A stretch of DNA of 64,000 bases from an uncultured Pseudomonadota bacterium (GTDB lineage Bacteria > Bacillota > Sulfobacillia > JAUYEF01), in contig CAYQIY010000009.1 of NCBI GenBank assembly GCA_964417635.1, forward strand, positions 24,675-88,674. Direction: 5' to 3'. The notes below the pieces were generated by a model. It was not told the origin of the DNA. It was given only the letters and a program-made list of their open reading frames with translations, and did no database searches. Positions 1-7,878 of this stretch are shown in pieces. How positions within the stretch are numbered: position 1 is the stretch's first letter; each line of letters starts with the position of its first letter. The position numbers were made by a program, and so were the translations under genes.

Positions 1-774
1 ATGGCAAGAGCCGGCCTGTTCAAGGACGTGGATGCATGCCTCATGATACACCCTGCCGACAGAACAACCGCTGGCAGAACGTCTAACACGTCTGGAAGGT
101 GGCGATTTAAGTTCTACGGTCGTTCGGCGCACGGTGCAGGAAACCCGCACCTTGGCATCAATGCGCTTGATGCAGTACTCCAGACTTTTAACATGGTTAA
201 TGGCTTGAGACAACATACCACTGAAGACTGCAGGCTGATGGGGATTATCACAAATGGCGGGCAGTCTGTTAACGCAATCCCAGAGGTTGCGGAATGCTGG
301 TTCAGTATCCGCGCCGCAAGACTAGATACACACCAGCAGTTAATGGATAGAGTCAAGAAGTGTGCCGATGCAGCAGCACTAGCTACTGGCTGCAAGCTTG
401 AATCCGAATACCCGGAGCACTACCCACACAATCCGGTGAGGATCAACGAACCGCTGAATGAGGTGCTTACCGAAAACCTTGAAGCGCTCGGCATCGAGGT
501 AGATCCCTCTCCCGAGGGCGGCAAGGGTTCCACTGATTTCGGAAACGTGAGCTGGGAGGTTCCAGGCGTCCACGGCTACATCGCCATAGTGCCCAGAGGT
601 ACAGGGGGGCACAGCACGGAATTGCGGGAAGCAGCCGGCTCCGAGCCGGGACACAAAGCGATTGTGGACGCAGGCTCGGCGCTCGCGATGTCGGGCATTG
701 ACCTTGTATGGTGTCCTGAGCTTATCAAGAAAGCTTGGGAAGACTTCGAGGAACGAGCTAGGCAGGGAATCTAA
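1..774 (+). CDS. M20-family amidohydrolase (AbgB/aminobenzoyl-glutamate-utilisation-like), C-terminal part; 5' end lies outside the window
   Basis: ORF is open to the window edge. 'FKFYGRSAHGAGNPHLGINALDAV' aligns by eye with the paralogue at 48739-50178 ('VKFYGRTAHAAADPYNGRSALDAV'). Confidence 0.8.
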   Translation: MARAGLFKDVDACLMIHPADRTTAGRTSNTSGRWRFKFYGRSAHGAGNPHLGINALDAVLQTFNMVNGLRQHTTEDCRLMGIITNGGQSVNAIPEVAECWFSIRAARLDTHQQLMDRVKKCADAAALATGCKLESEYPEHYPHNPVRINEPLNEVLTENLEALGIEVDPSPEGGKGSTDFGNVSWEVPGVHGYIAIVPRGTGGHSTELREAAGSEPGHKAIVDAGSALAMSGIDLVWCPELIKKAWEDFEERARQGI

Positions 775-841
775 CAAACAGCAGATCTTATAAGGGGGCA
801 GCTTCTGATGAAGCTGCCCCTCGCACAAGGGGGAGCAACCT

Positions 842-2056
842 TTGACTCTGTTGATAGACGGCGAGAGACTACGGCGTGATCTAGAAGCGCTTGGAGAGAT
901 AGGCAGAACCGATTTCGGTATTACAAGGCGAGCGTTTACAGAAGAAGATCGGAGGGCAAGAGTTATGGTAAGCCGGCTCATGGAAGAAGCCGGCCTCGAA
1001 GTAAGGATTGACCCTGTGGGCAACGTGTTTGGTAGGCTCTCTGGCCGAGAACGGACGCTTCCTATAGTAATGTGCGGCTCGCACATAGATACAGTACCAT
1101 CGGGCGGTATGTTTGACGGTAGCCTGGGCGTAATTGCTGGCATCGAAGCGCTTCGCGCGATAAAGAGTACGGGCAGAGTATTGCAGCGTTCGGTGGAAGT
1201 GGCAGCGTTTGCAAACGAAGAAGGCGCATGGGGTGGTGGCACTTTCGGAAGCAGAGCCTTCATAGGAGCTCTGACAGCAGAAGAGGTATACGCAAACACC
1301 ACCGACGGCCAAACGGTAGCAGCCAAGATGCTCGCTGTAGGCTTGGAGCCGGATGACTTACACGCTGCCAAAGCTCCATACCCACTTGAAGCGTATCTCG
1401 AACTGCACGTTGAGCAGGGAGCTGTGCTAGACAAGGAGAATCTGGATATAGGTATTGTTACCGGTATTGTCAGCACGTGTAGATGGATGATTACCGTAAG
1501 AGGTGATGCAAACCACGCTGGCACGACTCCGATGCACATGCGAGACGATGCGCTTGTCAAAGCATCAAAGTTCATCGTTGCGGCAAGTGAGGAAGCCTCC
1601 AGAAACAGAGGAGACATGGTCGCCACCATCGGTCAGGCGTTTATCCAGCCGAACGCTCCCAATGTTATCGCAGGTGAAGTGAAGATGGTACTTGGCATGC
1701 GTTCTCTCAGCGAGGACAGGCTTGAAGTCGCACTGTCGCGCTTGAAAGAAACCGCAACCAACCTTGGCGGGGTAGACATTGATACGATCATAATCAAGCC
1801 GCCCGTAATGATGAACGACCGGCTTGTTGACACAATAGAACGGGTAACCCAAGATCTGCAGATACCCGCAAAGAAGATGCACAGCGGCGCCGGTCACGAT
1901 GCAATGTGCATTGCCCGGATTGCGCCTGTGGGCATGATTTTTGTACCGAGCAAGAACGGTAAGAGCCACGTACCTGAAGAATATACAGAATGGAGACACG
2001 TCACGCGAGGTGCCGAAGTACTGGCACACACCATCTTACGAATAGCCGAGGAGTAA
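842..2056 (+). CDS. Zn-dependent M20 hydrolase of the allantoate amidohydrolase / N-carbamoyl-L-amino-acid hydrolase type
   Basis: TTG start 6 nt after AAGGGGGAG. N-terminus 'LRRDLEALGEIGRT..GITRRAFTEED' and 'GSHIDTVPSGGMFDGSLGV' are typical of the carbamoylase/AllC family. Confidence 0.85.
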   Translation: MTLLIDGERLRRDLEALGEIGRTDFGITRRAFTEEDRRARVMVSRLMEEAGLEVRIDPVGNVFGRLSGRERTLPIVMCGSHIDTVPSGGMFDGSLGVIAGIEALRAIKSTGRVLQRSVEVAAFANEEGAWGGGTFGSRAFIGALTAEEVYANTTDGQTVAAKMLAVGLEPDDLHAAKAPYPLEAYLELHVEQGAVLDKENLDIGIVTGIVSTCRWMITVRGDANHAGTTPMHMRDDALVKASKFIVAASEEASRNRGDMVATIGQAFIQPNAPNVIAGEVKMVLGMRSLSEDRLEVALSRLKETATNLGGVDIDTIIIKPPVMMNDRLVDTIERVTQDLQIPAKKMHSGAGHDAMCIARIAPVGMIFVPSKNGKSHVPEEYTEWRHVTRGAEVLAHTILRIAEE

Positions 2057-2060
2057 CCTT

Positions 2061-3263
2061 GTGAACGTTCCAAGAACTGCGACAGAAAAGATGTTCGGCG
2101 CAAAATCGGGATGTCAGTGCAGTGCGCACGACGTAGTGGGTGCACACGTCGACTTGCTGTACCTGACAGACGGCTCAGCGCCTGCCGTAATCGATGCGTT
2201 CTCTAAACTCGGCGGACAGCTGTCTGTTGGACGACCTGCTGTTGCCATATCTATCGATCATTACGTGCCGTCGCCATCGGCACTGGTTACAAAGAGACAT
2301 CAACAGATTCGCGAGTTTGTGACGCGCACGGGCTGTGTGCTGACGGAAGAAGGCGACGGTGTTTGTCATCAGGTGCTCGGCGAGTACGGACTTGTACGCG
2401 CTGGAGACCTCGTGGTCGGAGCCGACTCGCATACCGTTACCTACGGGAGCATTGGCGCATTCGCAACGGGGATAGGCACAACCGACGCTGCGGTGGCAAT
2501 GGCATCAGGACGGCTTTGGTTCAGGGTACCGGAGAGCATAAGGCTGAACCTTAAGGGCAGGTTATCGTCCGGGGTTTCGGAAAAAGACCTTGCCCTCTAC
2601 TTGAACGCACACTTCGGCACCACACAGGCGGTCTACCGCTCGGTTGAGGTATACACAGAAGACCCCGAGATAGATCTCTCCCCTGTGTGCAACACTTCTG
2701 TTGAGTGGGGAGCCAAGTTCTGCTTGGACATGCGGTACTGTCCATTATCGTCAGACCCTGAGGTCTCATACGCCGAAGTATCTGACGTGTACGTTACAAG
2801 TATAGAACCGCTAGTCGCGCTGCCTCACACGTGTGACAGCGTAGTCAAAGTGAGAGACGCGGGACGTGTCCCTGTGCATATGGTAGTAATCGGCACGTGC
2901 AGTGGAGGACGTCTGAAAGACCTTGAGCAGGCTGCGCAGGTTCTTGAGAATAGACGCGTTAATAACAACACTCGACTGTTGGTAGTACCCGCATCCCGCA
3001 GGATATTCCTCGAGTGCATGCAAAGAGGTATTCTGCAGACCCTTGCCGCTTCTGGCGCGGTCGTTAGTCCACCTGGATGCGGTCCGTGCTGCGGGACGAG
3101 TGCAGGCATTCCGGCAGACGGTGAGAACGTGATCTCGACGGCTAATCGTAACTTGCGCGGTCGTATGGGCAACCCCAAAGCCAACATCTACCTGGCGTCG
3201 CCGTCCACGGCGGCGGCAAGCGCTGTTGCCGGACAGCTAGCGGACGCCCGAGACCTAGAATGA
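2061..3263 (+). CDS. Aconitase-family dehydratase large subunit (LeuC / homoaconitase-like)
   Basis: 'GADSHTVTYGSIGAFATGIGTTD' and 'PGCGPCCG' Fe-S ligand motifs. GTG start after GAGGAG. Confidence 0.85.
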   Translation: MNVPRTATEKMFGAKSGCQCSAHDVVGAHVDLLYLTDGSAPAVIDAFSKLGGQLSVGRPAVAISIDHYVPSPSALVTKRHQQIREFVTRTGCVLTEEGDGVCHQVLGEYGLVRAGDLVVGADSHTVTYGSIGAFATGIGTTDAAVAMASGRLWFRVPESIRLNLKGRLSSGVSEKDLALYLNAHFGTTQAVYRSVEVYTEDPEIDLSPVCNTSVEWGAKFCLDMRYCPLSSDPEVSYAEVSDVYVTSIEPLVALPHTCDSVVKVRDAGRVPVHMVVIGTCSGGRLKDLEQAAQVLENRRVNNNTRLLVVPASRRIFLECMQRGILQTLAASGAVVSPPGCGPCCGTSAGIPADGENVISTANRNLRGRMGNPKANIYLASPSTAAASAVAGQLADARDLE

Positions 3264-3796
3264 GCAAGGAGGAACCCGTATTGCATATACGCGGTAAAGC
3301 ACGCCTGTTACCCGATAACGTATGCACCGACCATATCATCAGTTCGGGTAGAAAGCGTGACGCAGCAGATATACGCGAAGCCACCAAGCACATCTTTGAA
3401 GACCTTGACCCACCTCTTCTCCACCCTATCGAGAGCGGCGACATAATCGTGGCCGGCAGCAATTTCGGGTGCAGCTCAGCCATGGAAATAGCGGTTGAGG
3501 TGCTTAAATACGCCGGGGTGGGCGCGATAATCGCGCGCTCGTTCGCCCGCACCTACTATAGAAACGCGGTAAACCTTGGCCTACCTGTTTTTGAAATTGA
3601 CGTTCACGGCATCTACGAAGCAGATGAGATCTGTGTTGATCTAAAAGGCAGTGCAGGGCGCATAAGCAATCTTACTAGAGGCTTTGAAGTTGGCCTTCCT
3701 TCGATCCCCTCATTTGTGTTGGAAGTGATACTTGCAGGCGGTCTGAGCGAGTACTACCGGGCTCTTGGTCATCTTCCGGCCGGAAGACTAAGATAG
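3260..3796 (+). CDS. Aconitase-family dehydratase small subunit (LeuD-like swivel domain)
   Basis: ATGA overlap with the large subunit. 'GSNFGCSSAMEIAV..IIARSFARTYYRNAVNLGLP'. Confidence 0.85.
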   Translation: MSKEEPVLHIRGKARLLPDNVCTDHIISSGRKRDAADIREATKHIFEDLDPPLLHPIESGDIIVAGSNFGCSSAMEIAVEVLKYAGVGAIIARSFARTYYRNAVNLGLPVFEIDVHGIYEADEICVDLKGSAGRISNLTRGFEVGLPSIPSFVLEVILAGGLSEYYRALGHLPAGRLR

Positions 3797-3806
3797 ACAG
3801 ACAAAA

Positions 3807-3824
3807 GCAGTGCAAGCGCACTGC
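3807..3824. terminator. Hairpin between convergent leuD-like and cupin genes
   Basis: GCAGTGC-AAGC-GCACTGC. The preceding A-run gives TTTTGT after the stem on the minus strand. Confidence 0.5.
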
Positions 3825-3844
3825 CTGTCCCCCATTTTGGCATA

Positions 3845-4171
3845 CTATATGTGCTTAGGGTTTGGAGTCTTTATTATGAGCACACTCAAACCGGAATCGG
3901 ATGCTGCGCGCAATCCGCGGGGCGAGCCTGCGTAGCTCACAACCATATCCGTCGGGCGTACAGCCTCCACTTGGTCGCCTGACTCTATGGAACCTTTGCC
4001 CTCCACGACGTAGAACAGAGTGTCTACCGTTGCTTCGTGCTGCGAAACCACCTGACCCGGTTCGAGCATGAGGTTGATGACTTCTGCGCTTCTTTCGTCA
4101 ACGGCGAATTTGGCCGCAAATCCAATAGGCGTGATGGTCGTCTCGACGTCCTTAAGACGGATAATCTTCAT
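3845..4171 (-). CDS. Cupin-domain protein
   Basis: 108 aa, beta-barrel-like sequence with 'HEATVDTLFYVVEGKG'. GGGAGG RBS. Start lies 1 nt after the CBS gene stop. Confidence 0.7.
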   Translation of the reverse strand: MKIIRLKDVETTITPIGFAAKFAVDERSAEVINLMLEPGQVVSQHEATVDTLFYVVEGKGSIESGDQVEAVRPTDMVVSYAGSPRGLRAASDSGLSVLIIKTPNPKHI

Positions 4172-4172
4172 C

Positions 4173-4667
4173 TCATACCTCCCGGTCGAATATGCCCGGA
4201 TTCACCTCACACAGATTAACCATCGCCCAAACAAGATCTGTTCTAGTGATCAGACCCAGAAGCTGGCCTTGTTTCATGACCGGCACACGGTTAATCCTAC
4301 GGCGAGCCATTATCTTTGCCACGTCCTCAAGCGAGGTCTCCTCGCTGACAGATATCACATTGCGCGTCATGACTTCGTCAACAGTGAGGTCTCTCACCGA
4401 GCATAATCCTTGCGCAAACTTCGCGATCTTCTCAGCGCTGGTGTGTGGAGACACCCATCCAAGAGTGTCAACAAGCCCTATGATCCTCAACTCTCGGCTC
4501 TTTCTTATCATGTCATGCTCAGACACGATGCCGACCACTTTTCCGGCGTCGTCCACGACGGGAGCACCGTTGATGCCCTTTTCCTGAAACAACGCAGCGA
4601 CTTCTCCAAGTGTCGCGCCTGTCTTGACAGTGACCACATCTGTCTTCATGACATCTTTTGCTTTCAT
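4173..4667 (-). CDS. CBS-domain pair protein
   Basis: Two CBS-like repeats ('MKTDVVTV..INGAPVVDDAGKVVGIVSEHD', 'MTRNVISV..INRVPVMKQGQLLGLITRTD'). GGGAGGTG RBS. Confidence 0.85.
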   Translation of the reverse strand: MKAKDVMKTDVVTVKTGATLGEVAALFQEKGINGAPVVDDAGKVVGIVSEHDMIRKSRELRIIGLVDTLGWVSPHTSAEKIAKFAQGLCSVRDLTVDEVMTRNVISVSEETSLEDVAKIMARRRINRVPVMKQGQLLGLITRTDLVWAMVNLCEVNPGIFDREV

Positions 4668-4703
4668 CCTGTCACCTCCCGCAAGTGTTAGCCTTCAGGT
4701 TGC

Positions 4704-5414
4704 CTAAGTTTCAAGCAATTCTCTTAGCGGGTGCTCATGCTTAATGTAAATCCACTTGTACCCCCGCGTCTCAATCAGTCCCTCAGCCCTGAACTCGGCG
4801 AGCCTCCTGCTCAATGTCTCTTGAGCGATGCCCGCCATACTTGCCAGGCCAGCCCGATTCATGTGCAGTCTGATCTCCGTGCCATGCGCCGAGTTTCGAC
4901 CGTAGCGAGCAGCTAGAGAGAGCAACAGCGCAGCCGCTTTCTGCCTGCTGTCGTATGCGTATGCTCCGTCAAGAATCTCTTCCATCTGCGCCACTCGTTC
5001 AACGAGCGCCAGCAGTACGGCCTGAAGCGCAGACGTGTGGCGTGCGAGAAACTGCGTCATGTCAGCACGACTGATGGAGCATACCAAGCTTGAGTCACTA
5101 ACAACCACAGCGTCAAACGTGGAACGCGCACCCGAAAGCAGCGACAGTTCACCGAAAAAATCTCCCGTTGAAGCAAGTCTAAGCACTTGCTCTGAGCCGT
5201 CTCTTCTCAGCCTGGCAATCTTTATCTCGCCGCCGTGCACTATGTACAGCGCGCTTGCTGGCTCTCCCTGCCTAACGATGCTATGCTGCTTGGCAAAGCG
5301 GTGGTGCGTAACGAGCCGCTCCAACTGTGTGGTGTCGTTCTTGTCCAAGTTCTTGAACATGGGAATGCTTCCGACACACAGCCGTCCACAGTGCGCACAC
5401 AACGACGAACCCAT
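4704..5414 (-). CDS. Crp/Fnr-family transcription factor, FNR-like (N-terminal Cys cluster)
   Basis: cNMP-binding beta-roll ('GDFFGELSLL') plus C-terminal HTH ('SMAGIAQETLSRRLAEF'). CxxCxxxC at residues 6-13 and Cys112 in 'LVCSIS'. ATG at 5414 has a GGAGG RBS. The ORF track extends to 5471. Confidence 0.8.
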   Translation of the reverse strand: MGSSLCAHCGRLCVGSIPMFKNLDKNDTTQLERLVTHHRFAKQHSIVRQGEPASALYIVHGGEIKIARLRRDGSEQVLRLASTGDFFGELSLLSGARSTFDAVVVSDSSLVCSISRADMTQFLARHTSALQAVLLALVERVAQMEEILDGAYAYDSRQKAAALLLSLAARYGRNSAHGTEIRLHMNRAGLASMAGIAQETLSRRLAEFRAEGLIETRGYKWIYIKHEHPLRELLET

Positions 5415-5493
5415 CTTGCAACCGCCTCCGACCCCATTATACCAAACCGGGCAGGGGTAAAATACCGCCAACCTGCCCGGCTACGCCTTACGT

Positions 5494-6240
5494 CTAATGG
5501 TGAGGCGAGAAGCAGCAGTACCCGATTTCGTCAGCGAGTGTTTTCATCTCGTTCCACTTTGTGGCGTCGGTTATGGTGTCCAGGGCAGTCGGGTAAAGTA
5601 TGCTGTCTTCTTTCAGTATGTGGTCTCTTAGATGGAACACAATGTACGCCGCTGTATCTGCGAACTCGGACCTAAACTCTTGAAATTGGACATCCGCCAC
5701 GTTTTCGGCAAGCCACAGCAGCCGCTTCTTCTTGGGACGGAACTCGTCATGATCCATCCTCATGATACGGGTCGGCCCCGTCACACCCAGGCGCTCCAGT
5801 TCTCTAAACAACACTTCTTCTTCACGCGCGTGATGTTTTTCGGCACTAACCAGATGTTCGGCAAGCGAACGCAGTCTGGCGTAGAGCGGATTCTTAGTAT
5901 CATATGCTTCCTGCGCCTTGAGTTGAGTCGCTGATTCATCGAGCAAGTCGAGAAACCGCAGTATTTCTACATGCTCTTTGTACAGCGTATCAAGCATGTG
6001 TCCTTCGGGAAGCGTCTCTATTGTCTGCCGTATCTTCCCATCGAGTACCTCTAGATGTATCTTGCATAGTTCTCGCAACTCGGTGGGATCTGTGCCCGCT
6101 TCAATCAAGGACTGCTCTGCCAGAGACAGTTCGATTGGGTCAACGTGTTCGACGATATCTGCTAGTTGCTTGCGCACCTGGGGGGTGTCTTCGGCTGTTC
6201 CAAGTTTGGCCAATAGTTCTGCCAGTTTGGCTGTGGCCAT
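5494..6240 (-). CDS. DUF438 + hemerythrin-like (HHE cation-binding) domain protein
   Basis: N-terminal 'IELSLAEQSLIEAG..ELRELCKIHLEV' (DUF438-like), then His/Glu-rich hemerythrin-type helices ('HHAREEEVLF', 'HLRDHILKEDSILYP'). GGAGG RBS. Confidence 0.7.
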   Translation of the reverse strand: MATAKLAELLAKLGTAEDTPQVRKQLADIVEHVDPIELSLAEQSLIEAGTDPTELRELCKIHLEVLDGKIRQTIETLPEGHMLDTLYKEHVEILRFLDLLDESATQLKAQEAYDTKNPLYARLRSLAEHLVSAEKHHAREEEVLFRELERLGVTGPTRIMRMDHDEFRPKKKRLLWLAENVADVQFQEFRSEFADTAAYIVFHLRDHILKEDSILYPTALDTITDATKWNEMKTLADEIGYCCFSPHH

Positions 6241-6386
6241 GTCATCGCCTCCGTTTCTTTCGTGCTGTCAGTCTAATCATAAGTCGTCGGCGCTCACGAA
6301 TCTTTGACCCGAGTCACAGAATCCAGAAGAAAACTGCTGTCTCTTCGGAACGCGCACATTATGCAATTCGTCCAACAATTCAGGGT

Positions 6387-7775
6387 ATGCTGAAACACGC
6401 CGAGTTCTGGGAGGTTAACGCGTTGAACCGCAGATACAAGATCGTGCTCGCTGTAACCTTGGTTGTGCTGTGCCTGGCGGTGTCGATCACCAGCGCACAC
6501 AGGCACATGCAGTACGTACGACAACTGGAGCAAGCAAGAAGCTACGTGTTCGCAGGTTGGGCAGCAGCACAGGCCAGCGCTGCCCTGGAGTTCGACAAAG
6601 CACTCGCCGAAATCTTGGTGACTGCAAACACGTCTGCACTGCCTAAGAGCATACAGCACGCGCTGGCTGCAGCCGAGCGCGGCAACAAGTTGCTAACAGA
6701 ACAGCCGCCACAGCAAGAGCTGGCGCTAGCAATAAGCGAGTGGGAAGATCGGCTCTTCTACTCAGCTGCGCACTCCTACCTTGTGTACTTAGATAGCACT
6801 CTGCACACGGCGCCGCCGGACGAGACACACTTGCGGGTTATCTCCTCAATGCGAATAGCAGCGGAGAGCACATATGCCGAGTTCCTGAAAGCACACAACA
6901 AGATACTAGAACACGTAGCGTCATCTCAGCACTCGTCTGACATTCTGCTCGAAGCACTTAGTTCTATATCAAGACATCTTGCTGCTGTACCCCACCCGAG
7001 AGACGAAGACGAGCACTACGAGGCATATCTACTTGAGGTTGAAGACCACGTGTACAGATACTCACTCGGTAGAAGCGGTGAGACCGAGCACTCAGAACCC
7101 GCGATGCGTGACCGGGCGGAACAGTTCGCAGCGCAGTTTTTCGGGGCGCGGTTGAGACGCACCGTCCAAACCCCGTCAGCAGGTGGTTACTCAACAGTTT
7201 CCGGAGCCTACATACGGTTTGTGGTTGCCGACCCTTCCACCGGGATAGACTGCCACATCCAGGTGTCAGAAAAGGGCATGCATATTCTGAGTGCCCGAAT
7301 TAGAGTGCCGTACACACCCAATGACACGATTACGGAAATCTTGCGAGTGGCAGAGCACCTGCTTACTTGCTGGACGCAATCTGAGTCTGTTGTGCTAACA
7401 CATGTGATGAGCCCCAAAGATACCGTCAGTCTGTATTCTGCCGTTGAGCATGGAGTCATCATGTACGACAAGCAAGTCACGCTGAGCCTTGACACAGAGA
7501 TCGCCGAGCATTCATCCACCACAGCCTTCTGGGTCAGTCTTGATGCAACTAAGTACTTTGCCAACTTCATGCTGCCCATCGAACAGAGTGCTTGGATACC
7601 ATCTGTTCGGGCAAGAGACATCATAGGCTCTGCCGCAGGCGAACCCGAACTCACGCTGCGTGACGCAAAACTCCTGTATCGAGTGCCCGTATCCGGTGTG
7701 CCACGCGTATCTGCGGCATACGTCAACGCAGTTAGCGGCGAGTACGAATTCATGGAGTATGTGGTCCCAAGGTAG
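6387..7775 (+). CDS. Hypothetical membrane-anchored protein (single N-terminal TM helix)
   Basis: The ORF track starts at 6021 and overlaps the hemerythrin gene. The first non-overlapping ATG is 6387 ('MLKHAEFW..', then TM 'IVLAVTLVVLCLAVSI'). No motif recognised. Loose YpeB/PepSY-like architecture only. Confidence 0.5.
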   Translation: MLKHAEFWEVNALNRRYKIVLAVTLVVLCLAVSITSAHRHMQYVRQLEQARSYVFAGWAAAQASAALEFDKALAEILVTANTSALPKSIQHALAAAERGNKLLTEQPPQQELALAISEWEDRLFYSAAHSYLVYLDSTLHTAPPDETHLRVISSMRIAAESTYAEFLKAHNKILEHVASSQHSSDILLEALSSISRHLAAVPHPRDEDEHYEAYLLEVEDHVYRYSLGRSGETEHSEPAMRDRAEQFAAQFFGARLRRTVQTPSAGGYSTVSGAYIRFVVADPSTGIDCHIQVSEKGMHILSARIRVPYTPNDTITEILRVAEHLLTCWTQSESVVLTHVMSPKDTVSLYSAVEHGVIMYDKQVTLSLDTEIAEHSSTTAFWVSLDATKYFANFMLPIEQSAWIPSVRARDIIGSAAGEPELTLRDAKLLYRVPVSGVPRVSAAYVNAVSGEYEFMEYVVPR

Positions 7776-7878
7776 CGTGCATGCAGGTAGATGGCATAAG
7801 GTCGAAGAAAGTAGAGCACCAGTCGTCGGCTCGTGTGCGCGTAATAGCATACGCGTCAAAGTGCAGGAGGCTGGATGA

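Noticed and set aside
379-1629. 416-aa minus-strand ORF
   Set aside because: It lies entirely antisense to two well-supported M20 hydrolase genes. Its composition is Ser/Ala/Pro/Arg-rich, typical of a shadow ORF in GC-rich coding DNA, and it has no recognisable motif.
6021-6386. N-terminal 122-aa extension of the 584-aa ORF
   Set aside because: It overlaps the strongly supported hemerythrin-like gene on the opposite strand and is Arg/Cys/Leu-rich. The first ATG clear of the overlap (6387) is followed by a sensible TM anchor.
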